A stretch of 64,000 nucleotides of DNA from an uncultured Rhodopseudomonas sp. GTDB lineage: Bacteria; Pseudomonadota; Alphaproteobacteria; Rhizobiales; Xanthobacteraceae. Positions within the stretch are counted from its first letter, which is position 1. Each line of letters begins with the position of its first letter. The notes below the pieces were generated by a model, which was not told the origin of the DNA, made no database searches, and was given only the letters and a program-made list of their open reading frames with translations. Shown here one piece after another: positions 37,833-46,744 of this stretch. A program made the position numbers and the translations under genes. The stretch is from NCBI GenBank assembly GCA_964249215.1, contig CAXUBE010000001.1, positions 5,292 to 69,291 on the forward strand. Direction: 5' to 3'.

Positions 37833-40800
37833 ATGGTTGATACACCGGTCTTTATCAGCGGATCTTATGATGCTTCCGGCAGGGTTTTGGCTGCGTGGCA
37901 GTATTCCGGTGCGGTCAATTTCATTCTGGCGGTTTTTCAAGGCGAGCCCGCTGGCACATCCTGGATCGCGTCGACTCCGGTCACGGGCTATATCGGAAGC
38001 CTGACGATCAAGCCCGCGTCGCTCGATCCGAGCTTCGCCTATACGGTCGCGGTGGCTGTCGATCAGGGCAACGGCGTCCCCGGACCGTGGAGCGTGCCGC
38101 TGAGCCTTGTGTTCCAGCGGGTCACCGGCATCTTCACCACCTATACCGGCAACGCGCTGACAGTCGGCTGGACGATCCCTTACCCCAGTTCGATCGCGAA
38201 GGTGGCCGTCGCGCTGACAAACACGACCACCGGCATCACGATCAGCAAGACGTCGAGTGGAATCTACAACGACAATGAAGTGACCTTCGCGCTGAAGACG
38301 CCGCTCGCCATCGGCGACGCGTATACGCTGGCCCTGACCGGCGTGAGCGGTACTTTTTCCGGACCGCCTGCGGGTGGGCCGGCTCCCATCGTGGCGGCGC
38401 CGAAGCTGAGCAGCCTGACCTATACGGTCGCAAAAGTCGGGACTGCAAAAATCGCCGCCATCGCCGATGTGGTGTTTCCTGCTCCTGCGCCGCAGGTCGT
38501 CATGCAGTTGTACGAGGACGGTGTCTCGATCCTGCAACAACGCGGACAGGGGTTTGTCGCGCAACTCGATCTCGCCGCGCCGCTGTCGCTTTGGTCGACT
38601 TACACGGTCGGCTTGTTCTATCAGGATGGTTCGAACATCGGGCCTGTCGGCAATCACGGCAACGTCCTGCAAACTGCACCGACGATTGTGTCCACGGCAT
38701 TCGACGGAACCAACGTCACCGTGACCTGGACGATCTTGCCCGGCGATCCAGCGCCGACCGGCGCCCAGGCGACGCTTTATGACGTTGCCAACAAGAACAA
38801 CGTCGTCGGCGCGGGTTTTGCCAACGGCCTGTCAACGACGTTTGCTCCGGACGAGACGCTCGGCGTCACGGGAAACTATGCCCTCGCGCTGTGTCCGCTG
38901 CAGGGTCAATCGCAGGGCGCCGAAGGACCGGCGACGCCCGTCATCGCCGCGACCAGGGCGATCACCTCGCTCGGCTATGACGGCGCGCGGATTCTGGTGG
39001 CCTATGCCGATGCGCTCGGCACCAACGTCACCGGTTACGTGCTGCATCTGATGTCTGGCACGCAGTCGGTGCGACAGATCCGGTCCGGGCTGACCGGCGG
39101 GTTGATCGACATCGCGCTCGATCAGACAACGCCATATCAGGTCGCCGTGCAGGCGGTGGGCGGTGTCGCCACCGGGCCGATCGGCCCCGCCATCACGGTC
39201 ATCACGCAAGTTCCCGCGCTCGGCAACATTGCGCTGAGCGCACCGAACAATGCGCCGCAGGTGGCAGCACAGATCACGCCGCCCGGCGTAATGCCGAACG
39301 GCGCCAGCTATCTCGCTTATCTTTACGAGGGCGACCGGCAAGTCGCGGGGCCGATCACCGCCTCCGGATCGCCGCTGATCGCGGTGTTTTCGATCGACGC
39401 TTTCGGCAAGAGCGGGTTTACAGTCCGCGCTGCCGCAACGGCGACGATCAACAGCGCGACAGTCACGGGTCCGCTGAGCCCTGCTGCGCCAGTGCTCGGG
39501 GCAGCGCCGCGGATCACCTCGGTGATGGTCGAGCCGGATGCAGCCGACGCGACCAGATGGCGCTTCACCATCGAATGGGTCTTGCCCGACGTCGCGCCTG
39601 GCGCACTCGCCACTTCGGCGGTCACGGTGATGCAGGGTGCGAGTGCCGTGGCGACGTCTCCTGACGCGACCGGCACCGGCGTTCAGTTCTCTGTCGCGAT
39701 GGCGAGCATCGACGCCACCAAGCCCGGCAGTATCACGGTCGCCTCCAAGGGCCCGTTTGGTGTGAGCCCTTGCAGCGTGGCCGTGAGCGTGGCCTTCGCC
39801 GCGCCGGCGTTGCGATCCGTCGTCTGCGGCAATCGCGAAATCGCGGCGGACTGGACCTGGTCGCAGGCCGACAGCGCGGTTGCTGCCATCGCCAGTTCCT
39901 ACCGCATCCTGCTTTATGATCTCAGCGTCTCGCCGCCGGCCTTGATCCATGTCTCTGCGTCCACGCAAAGCCTGAGCAGCGGCCTGTCGATGACCGAGGC
40001 CCCGCTCGGCCATCTGACGAATGTGGGCATCGGCATCGAAGTCGATGCCGGCCTGTCGCAATGCCGAAGCGCCGGCAGCCCCACAGCCTTGGTCCTGGAT
40101 CCGCCGGCCATCACATCCAGCGCGGTGTCGGGCACCACGCTGACGCTCGCATGGGCGTCGCCCGCGATCCCGGCGGGTGTGACGATCTCGGGCTATCTCG
40201 CGCGATTCCGCGTCGGTGGCGGTGCGGCTATGACCGCGACGATTTCCGGTACCGCCGCGACCGCCACGATCGATCTCGGCACGATCAGCGGATTGACGGA
40301 TGACCCGATTCAGCCAGCACAGGTGACGCTTGCTGTGCAGGCCTTGACGGTGACAGGCCCCGAGAGTGACGGCGTGCCCGTCCTGCGCCATGCCGCGACG
40401 GCGACGCCGAACGCGATCGCAACCGCCACGACCATCGTGGCGCAGTGGGAGCCTGCTCCCGGACCGGTCGAGACTTACAAGGTCGTCATCGCCAAGGACG
40501 GAACGGCCGTCATGACGGCCTATTCGCCGGTCGCCGTTATCACCGTTCCGAACGCCTCTCAGGTCAAGGACAGCACTTACATGCTCGCCGTGACGCCGAT
40601 GATCGGTGCAGCGGCGGGGCCGGCCAGCCCGTCGCTTGGTCTGGCGCTGATCGCGCCTGCATTGTCCGATGCGGTGTTCGATGGCAAGATCGTGACCGCG
40701 ACCGTGACTCCTCCGGGTATCGGCACCACGCTGGTGACCGGCTATCGGATGATGCTGTCCGTCAACGGTCGCACCACGCAGAGCTATGACGCCCCCTTCG

Positions 40801-41985
40801 GCGGCACCATCGCGATGCCGGTGGATCGTCCGATCGACGCCTCGGCCGCCTATGCGGTCAGCGCAAGCGCGCTCGCCGGAAACGCGGTCGGCCCGCTTGC
40901 CAATCCTGCCGTCATGATCTCCAGTGCCCCGGCCATCACGGCCGTGACATGCACCGGGACGAGCCTGGTCGTGACGCTCGATCCGTCTTCGGTCGCGGTC
41001 GGTGGCACCACGTTGCAGGGATGGCTGTACACAGATGGCATTGTCGGCGATGCGGTGGTGGCGAATGACAACAAAGTCACCTTCACGGTTGCTGCCGGGC
41101 ATGGCTATCAAGTCGCCTCGCAGGCAATCAAGGGCGGCAGCAAGGGACCGCTGTCGAGTCCGATTGCCGCGTTGACCGTTAGTCCGGCACTGGCGAGCGC
41201 AATCTACCGAGACGGACAACTCGCGATCGCCTGGAGCGGCACGGACGGAAACGGCTGCTATCTCGTCACCGTCGCGACCACGGCGGCTCCGGTGATTCAA
41301 TCGCGCGTCAGCGGCCTCGGCACTATTCTCGCGTTCAACGCAGATCCGACGATCAGCTACACGCTCGCCGTCCAGCAGATCGACGGGATCGTCACCGGAC
41401 CGGCAATGGCCGGCACCGCTATCGCCACATCGGGCTGTGCTGTCAGTTCCGTGGTTTTCACCGATACCGCCACGGCGACGATCACTTGGAGCGCGCCAAC
41501 GTCGCAAGCCGCCAGCGTCACACAATACCAGGTCGTGGCGGTCACGACCGACGCCGGCGCCGAACAGATCCTCAAAATCGTATCAGCGCCGACGATGACC
41601 GCGTCCGTATCAACAGCCGGTCTGTCACCGGGGCTGAGTTACGTCGTCGCGGTTCGTCCGGTCATCACCAACGCGACCGGGCCGATCGGCCCCCCGATCC
41701 CGCTGGTCGCATGCCTTCCGTCGGGGCTTGAGGCCTATTACGACGGCCATGCCATCGTCGCGCAATGGACTGCGGCCGCCGACCCCCGCATCACGGGATA
41801 TCACGCGATCATCTCGATCGCCGGACAGAACGACATCCCGGTCGATACCGCATCGACATCGTTCCGGTATGTCTACGACATATCCGGCGTGGCTTCGACG
41901 GCACCGATCGCGGTGAAGGTCGCCGCCTGGGTCGGCAGCGGCTCGATCGGGCCCAATACCGCCGCAGTCGATGTCCGCACCGGCA
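37833..41985 (+). repeat. Array of ~15 divergent FN3-like protein modules (repeat at protein level only)
   Basis: I set the module boundaries by eye from the recurring pattern: PxL/I.S....G..L.V.W, then (I/V)(T/S)GY....., then Y.V.V.A, then GP.S/GP. No nucleotide-level repeat is evident, so the modules are old and diverged. Confidence 0.6.
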
Positions 41986-43190
41986 ATCCGGCCTTCTATG
42001 TCGGCGATCTTCCGAGCGGCGTGGTTCCGGCTGTCTATGCTTGCCCGACCGTGCCGCCCGGCGCGACCGATCTCGTTTTCTATCTGCCCGAACTGTTCGC
42101 CACGCATCAGACGACCGCGATCACACAAGGACCGTTCACGCTCACGCCGATGACGCCGGTCGTGGCACCTTACGCCTATACGGTGAGTATCGCCACAAGC
42201 AGCGATCTGTGGAGTTTTGCGAGCGTTTCAGCGCGGCAGACCATCGCGTCGCAGTTCGCAAGTTTCCTCGCGACCATTGCCGGGACGACGGGGGCGTTCG
42301 TCGAAACGCCGCGCATCTTGCAGCAGACATTGGCCGCAGGGCTGCCGCTCAGCTTCACCGAAAGTCTGTTTTATCGCTACAGCTTCGATCCGTTGATGCG
42401 TTACGTCGATCTGCAAGCCGGCATGCGTCTCGAAATACGCTTTGAAAGCTATCAGTACGTTACCGGCAACAGCGACGGGATCGACGGCTTCGTCACCGGC
42501 ACCTCCGTGGTCTACGATATCGCCGCGCTTCCGGAAGGCTCTGGCCTGGGGTTCATCGCGCTCGATCCGTTTCTCGGCTCGCTGCAGGCGATCAGCTTCG
42601 GTGCGCCACAACAGGGTGGCGCGGGCGGCATCATCGATCTGCAGACAGCGGCATACCGGCGCCCTTTCATCCGGCTGTTCTATCCGGCGAGCTTCCCGTC
42701 GGGACAGAGCACCGGCAGTCCGGATGCCAATCACGCGGTCGCCGTGGTCGCCGCCACGACGTGGAGCGCGCTCGATGGCGTCACCCAAAGCTTCATTCAG
42801 TTCGGCACGTTGCCGGCCGCCTCTGCGACCGTCTCGATCACCTATTTCCGCGGCCGCGCCGTGCTGACGCCATTGATCGCGGTGAGCATCAATGGCGCGA
42901 GCAGCTTCGTGCCGCTGGGTACGACGCTGGGGTCCACCTTCGCCGCGCATGGTCTGATGCCGGCGCTTACCGGCGTTGCCGCCTCGGGGCTTTCGCTGCG
43001 TCGTGCGGTGACGCCCAACCTGTCGCCGACGGAGATCGCATCGGGCATCAAGCTCGCGAACAAACGCCCCGTGATGGCGCTCTATCAGAAGCTCGCCGCA
43101 CTTTCCGATGGCACCACCGTGTTCGACTTGCCGCTGGTGCAAGGCGACGAAATCTTGACCGGCCGCCATGCCGACGCGTTGGCGCGATGA
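37833..43190 (+). CDS. Giant-operon gene 2: 1,785-aa protein with ~15 tandem FN3-like modules and a ~400-aa non-repeat C-terminal domain
   Basis: Codon usage and amino-acid composition are coding-like (Ala/Thr/Val/Gly/Pro rich, not Arg-rich). There are recurrent ~90-aa modules with FN3-type anchors (LTVGWTIP, VTVTWTILPGDP, IAADWTW, LTLAWASP..ISGYLARF, IVAQWEPAPGP.ETYKV, ATITWSAP..VTQYQVV, IVAQWTAA..ITGYHAI), each ending in ..GP.S.P. No signal peptide. Confidence 0.8.
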   Translation: MVDTPVFISGSYDASGRVLAAWQYSGAVNFILAVFQGEPAGTSWIASTPVTGYIGSLTIKPASLDPSFAYTVAVAVDQGNGVPGPWSVPLSLVFQRVTGIFTTYTGNALTVGWTIPYPSSIAKVAVALTNTTTGITISKTSSGIYNDNEVTFALKTPLAIGDAYTLALTGVSGTFSGPPAGGPAPIVAAPKLSSLTYTVAKVGTAKIAAIADVVFPAPAPQVVMQLYEDGVSILQQRGQGFVAQLDLAAPLSLWSTYTVGLFYQDGSNIGPVGNHGNVLQTAPTIVSTAFDGTNVTVTWTILPGDPAPTGAQATLYDVANKNNVVGAGFANGLSTTFAPDETLGVTGNYALALCPLQGQSQGAEGPATPVIAATRAITSLGYDGARILVAYADALGTNVTGYVLHLMSGTQSVRQIRSGLTGGLIDIALDQTTPYQVAVQAVGGVATGPIGPAITVITQVPALGNIALSAPNNAPQVAAQITPPGVMPNGASYLAYLYEGDRQVAGPITASGSPLIAVFSIDAFGKSGFTVRAAATATINSATVTGPLSPAAPVLGAAPRITSVMVEPDAADATRWRFTIEWVLPDVAPGALATSAVTVMQGASAVATSPDATGTGVQFSVAMASIDATKPGSITVASKGPFGVSPCSVAVSVAFAAPALRSVVCGNREIAADWTWSQADSAVAAIASSYRILLYDLSVSPPALIHVSASTQSLSSGLSMTEAPLGHLTNVGIGIEVDAGLSQCRSAGSPTALVLDPPAITSSAVSGTTLTLAWASPAIPAGVTISGYLARFRVGGGAAMTATISGTAATATIDLGTISGLTDDPIQPAQVTLAVQALTVTGPESDGVPVLRHAATATPNAIATATTIVAQWEPAPGPVETYKVVIAKDGTAVMTAYSPVAVITVPNASQVKDSTYMLAVTPMIGAAAGPASPSLGLALIAPALSDAVFDGKIVTATVTPPGIGTTLVTGYRMMLSVNGRTTQSYDAPFGGTIAMPVDRPIDASAAYAVSASALAGNAVGPLANPAVMISSAPAITAVTCTGTSLVVTLDPSSVAVGGTTLQGWLYTDGIVGDAVVANDNKVTFTVAAGHGYQVASQAIKGGSKGPLSSPIAALTVSPALASAIYRDGQLAIAWSGTDGNGCYLVTVATTAAPVIQSRVSGLGTILAFNADPTISYTLAVQQIDGIVTGPAMAGTAIATSGCAVSSVVFTDTATATITWSAPTSQAASVTQYQVVAVTTDAGAEQILKIVSAPTMTASVSTAGLSPGLSYVVAVRPVITNATGPIGPPIPLVACLPSGLEAYYDGHAIVAQWTAAADPRITGYHAIISIAGQNDIPVDTASTSFRYVYDISGVASTAPIAVKVAAWVGSGSIGPNTAAVDVRTGNPAFYVGDLPSGVVPAVYACPTVPPGATDLVFYLPELFATHQTTAITQGPFTLTPMTPVVAPYAYTVSIATSSDLWSFASVSARQTIASQFASFLATIAGTTGAFVETPRILQQTLAAGLPLSFTESLFYRYSFDPLMRYVDLQAGMRLEIRFESYQYVTGNSDGIDGFVTGTSVVYDIAALPEGSGLGFIALDPFLGSLQAISFGAPQQGGAGGIIDLQTAAYRRPFIRLFYPASFPSGQSTGSPDANHAVAVVAATTWSALDGVTQSFIQFGTLPAASATVSITYFRGRAVLTPLIAVSINGASSFVPLGTTLGSTFAAHGLMPALTGVAASGLSLRRAVTPNLSPTEIASGIKLANKRPVMALYQKLAALSDGTTVFDLPLVQGDEILTGRHADALAR

Positions 43191-46100
43191 GCGATCCGGC
43201 CTTCACACGCCTGGCTATCGTCGATCCTTTTTTCGTTCTGGATCTCACCAGCGATGCCGTGGACCCTGGCCATTTTACCTGGGCATTTTTGCCGGCCACT
43301 GCCAGCGCGGCGCTCACTCTGACGCCCGCCCAGACATTCGCGGCCGCGGGGATCTATGTCCTGATCGACCGGCCGATCCGCGATCAGTCCGCATTTCTGA
43401 CGGCGCTGCGATCCTTGCTGCCGGGAATCGGCACGCAAAATCTTCGGTTCTTGTGGATCACCACCGACGGGTCCGATCTCGCGCAGGACTGGCAATTGCT
43501 GCCATTGCGGGCGAGCGCAACGAGCGGCGGGAGCGCGACGCTGACGGCGCCGTTCGTTATCTCGTTCAACGGCGGCTATGCGCTGCAGATTGCCAGCCGT
43601 GCAACGCTGGCGCTGACCGCGAGCGCTTTCACTCTGTCGTTCGCCGGCGACGGGCAGGTGGCGCAATTCAGCTACGGCACCCGCGCGCTGGTGATACCTT
43701 CACCGGTTACGCTGCCTCTCAGCGGCATCGGCGTCGGCTGCTTTGGCTGCACCGCCACGATGACACGGCCCAACAGCGGGCCGAGCGACTTCGAGATGCT
43801 CGGGTTCGAGCTTCGCTATTTCGCACCCGACGACAGCCAGCCGCGGCCGGGACTGGCCCGCTCGTTTCGTTATCCGGTGTTCACGCAGCCGGTGGGAACG
43901 GCGATGTCCCTGACAGGTTCGTTCGATCCGCTGTCGCCGCTCATGCCGTTGCGAACCTATCTGCAATTCGGCAGCTCGCCAGTTCTGCCGTGCTTGTTCG
44001 TTTCCACGACCGGACAGGCGCTCGACGCGACGCCGGTGATGAACCCGACAGTGCCGATGGTTCCCGCACGCATGGTATTTGCACCTTCGCTGACCCACAC
44101 CACGGCGTCGAAAGCCGATCCGTATTACATGTGTCCAGCCGGAGCCTTTGCGATCGCACCCGCAACTCCGGTCGCGCAGAACTTCAGTCTGATGTGCGGT
44201 GCGTCGGGAGTCGAGAACTTCAATCTCGGGAACGCCGGCAGCCTGTTGCATTTCGTTCCCGGTCAGAATGCCTTCGCACCGAAGCTCGGGCAACGGGTCG
44301 GGCACGGTTTTTTCTCCGACGACGGTCCCGACAGCCTCACCGCCACGGGGCAGACGTCGTGGGCCTATCCCGTCAACGTCGCGACAGCGCCGGTGTATTA
44401 CGCCCAGCCTGACGACGCGCAACTCTACACCATTCCGTCGCAGTCGATCGGCGCAGCTAACGCATTGGCGTTCCAGCCCGTGCCGGCGGGCAAGATGCCG
44501 CCGCCAGTCGAAGCACGCGCGCTGCCGATGGTGCCTTACACCGGCATCGCCGCCGGCAACACTGACCTGTTTGAAGAGCTTGAGCGCAGCGCGCTCAGCC
44601 CGGTCCGTCGCAACGTCGTGGCGGCGCTGACCGGCAGTGGGCGGCACGACGCGAAAGCGGACGGTATCGACCTGATCGCCGCAACGCCGGGCGGCATCGT
44701 CGTCACGCTCGACGGCAGCTTGACGCAATGGAAAAGCGTCGTGTTCGGCAACAGCGCGGCCGCGGCCAGTCCCGACGGGCTTGCACGTCACTTCGGTTTC
44801 GAGAATGTCACAGGCGGTTTTCGAGCCGCCATTCAGACCAACCAATTGTTCAGCGTGATAGCCGATCCCGCCGGCCTGAGCGGGATGATGACCCAGACCT
44901 ATCGGCTTAACGGGGACGCGGCCGCATCGCTGCGCCATCATGCGCGACGCACACGGGACGCCGATCTCGATCGTCTGGTCGCCGCGGCCGACGGGCGGAT
45001 CGGCGGGGTGGCGCCACAAGTGTTTTCGTCTTTCGCTGCATTGTTCGCCGAGATCGAACACGCCGCGTTGACCGACGCCGACATTTCGCACTACCGCGAG
45101 CTGTTCGAGCAGGCGACCGTGGACGGCGAACTGTGCATCGAGCAATGGACCTTCAAGCTGTCGCCGACCAACTGGCGCAGCGACACCATCATGATTCTCA
45201 AATATGCCGGTCGCAGCATCGACGATCTCGTCAGCGATCCCGGCGCGTGGACATGGCAGCAGGCCGCGATCCGACCAGACGGTTCGCTGCAACAGACCCA
45301 GGCGCAGCTCCGCGAGATCATCGCGGCGGCCCGCACGTCCAACGCCAAAACGCCTGCCGACCGGGTGCCGGCCTATACCGGTTTCCTGCGTGACATCATC
45401 GACGATCCGCAATGGGCGGGTGTCCTGTTTCTCAACGTCAAGGTGCCACCGACGAGCTTGCCTCGGCAATTGCAGGGTCTCGCGGCGGGCATCGACTTCG
45501 CGCAATTCAAGGCGCACCACTTCGCGATATCGGCGACGCCGATCGATATCAAGGGCGGCACGCTCGATACGCGGCCGAGCAGTCTGCGGGCCTTGATCGA
45601 CTATCAGGATCAAAGCGACCAGTTCGTCAACGCCACGGTCGACTATGCATTCAAGGTCATCGTTCTGCAGGTGTTGTTCGAGAACTCCGCGATCGTCAAT
45701 TTCTTCAGCCAGATCCAACTTCAGATCAACACGATGTTCTCCGCGCCGGTGCTGCTCTCCCCCACCGAACGCGGCAACAACGTGGTGCTCACCGGAACGT
45801 ATCAGCGCAACGAGGACGGCAGCGGCTATTACGATTACGCCCAGAGCGGCTCGAACCGGTTCGCCGTGCGCAGCAATGTGCTCGACGAGGTCGAGACCCT
45901 GAGTTGCCAGTACGTCAGCGCCGATCCGCAAACCATCGGCAACGTGACGGTCATCGGTTCGCGGTTCGAGTTCACCGGTCGGCTGCGGTTCTTCGAACTC
46001 GACTATTTCGACGCCTTCTCGTTCGGGCCGATCTTCGATGCCGAAAGCAATCAGCAGATCTCCGACGGATATCTGGCATTTTCCAACCTCGTCATCGGCA

Positions 46101-46735
46101 TGACCTTTCCGCAGGACCATCCCGACCACGTGACGTTCGGATTCGATGCCGGCGCGCTCGGCTTTAATCTGGCGCAGAGCGTGGCGCGGCCGATGAGTCT
46201 GTTCCGGCATTTCCCGCTCACCTTCTCCGGCCTCATCGCGGTGCCGCAACCGCCCGCGAGCGCAGGCCAGCCGACCGCAGTCACGCCGGGCAGTCTGGGC
46301 TATATCGAATGCACGACGCCGCTGCAGCCCGGCCATCCAAATCCGCCATGGTACGCGCTCGCCTTCGATCTCGACTTGGGAACTCTGGGGTCGCTGGCCG
46401 GCAATCAGAAGCTGGCGGTCGGCATCATCAGCGCATGGGGCAACAGCGGCGATGCCTATAACGTTTACGTCGGCCTCAAGCTGCCGGGCTCCAACAGTGC
46501 GAAGCCGGAAATTCCCATCGAGGGTCTGTTGAAGCTCGCTTTCGGCAAAATCGAATTCACGGCGAGCGACGGCGCGACCGGCCGCATCTACATGCTGAAG
46601 CTGCGCCAGATCGTGTTGCGCATTCTGCTGCTGAGCTTCCCGCCCGGCAATCTCGACCTGTTTCTGTTCGGCGATCCGGCGGCGCGCAGTCGCAACAGCG
46701 CGCTCGGCTGGTACGCCGCCTATGCGGACGAGTAA
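43187..46735 (+). CDS. Giant-operon gene 3: 1,182-aa protein without recognisable domains
   Basis: The ATG at 43187 overlaps the TGA of gene 2 (ATGA). Composition is coding-like. The 426 nt that the track ORF adds upstream of this ATG overlap gene 2 and were rejected. No signal peptide or TM segment seen at the N-terminus (MSDPAFTRLAIVDPFFVLDL). Confidence 0.75.
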   Translation: MSDPAFTRLAIVDPFFVLDLTSDAVDPGHFTWAFLPATASAALTLTPAQTFAAAGIYVLIDRPIRDQSAFLTALRSLLPGIGTQNLRFLWITTDGSDLAQDWQLLPLRASATSGGSATLTAPFVISFNGGYALQIASRATLALTASAFTLSFAGDGQVAQFSYGTRALVIPSPVTLPLSGIGVGCFGCTATMTRPNSGPSDFEMLGFELRYFAPDDSQPRPGLARSFRYPVFTQPVGTAMSLTGSFDPLSPLMPLRTYLQFGSSPVLPCLFVSTTGQALDATPVMNPTVPMVPARMVFAPSLTHTTASKADPYYMCPAGAFAIAPATPVAQNFSLMCGASGVENFNLGNAGSLLHFVPGQNAFAPKLGQRVGHGFFSDDGPDSLTATGQTSWAYPVNVATAPVYYAQPDDAQLYTIPSQSIGAANALAFQPVPAGKMPPPVEARALPMVPYTGIAAGNTDLFEELERSALSPVRRNVVAALTGSGRHDAKADGIDLIAATPGGIVVTLDGSLTQWKSVVFGNSAAAASPDGLARHFGFENVTGGFRAAIQTNQLFSVIADPAGLSGMMTQTYRLNGDAAASLRHHARRTRDADLDRLVAAADGRIGGVAPQVFSSFAALFAEIEHAALTDADISHYRELFEQATVDGELCIEQWTFKLSPTNWRSDTIMILKYAGRSIDDLVSDPGAWTWQQAAIRPDGSLQQTQAQLREIIAAARTSNAKTPADRVPAYTGFLRDIIDDPQWAGVLFLNVKVPPTSLPRQLQGLAAGIDFAQFKAHHFAISATPIDIKGGTLDTRPSSLRALIDYQDQSDQFVNATVDYAFKVIVLQVLFENSAIVNFFSQIQLQINTMFSAPVLLSPTERGNNVVLTGTYQRNEDGSGYYDYAQSGSNRFAVRSNVLDEVETLSCQYVSADPQTIGNVTVIGSRFEFTGRLRFFELDYFDAFSFGPIFDAESNQQISDGYLAFSNLVIGMTFPQDHPDHVTFGFDAGALGFNLAQSVARPMSLFRHFPLTFSGLIAVPQPPASAGQPTAVTPGSLGYIECTTPLQPGHPNPPWYALAFDLDLGTLGSLAGNQKLAVGIISAWGNSGDAYNVYVGLKLPGSNSAKPEIPIEGLLKLAFGKIEFTASDGATGRIYMLKLRQIVLRILLLSFPPGNLDLFLFGDPAARSRNSALGWYAAYADE

Positions 46736-46744
46736 GGCAACCAT

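Noticed and set aside
38832-41525. 897-aa minus-strand ORF inside giant-operon gene 2
   Set aside because: It is antisense to a much longer plus-strand ORF. The translation is dominated by Arg/Gly/Asp/His runs (RRGGIGENHG.., RRRIERHDQARPGACHGRDGRG), typical of non-coding frames in high-GC DNA. It has no motifs.
42761-43186. Upstream extension of gene 3 to 1,324 aa
   Set aside because: It overlaps the well-supported C-terminus of gene 2 in another frame and is Arg-rich. The ATG at 43187 forms an ATGA coupling junction.
43700-46744. 1,014-aa minus-strand ORF covering almost all of gene 3
   Set aside because: Same antisense artefact. It has extreme Arg/Gly/Asp/His content and no recognisable domain. 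The plus-strand frame has protein-like composition and is translationally coupled to its neighbours.
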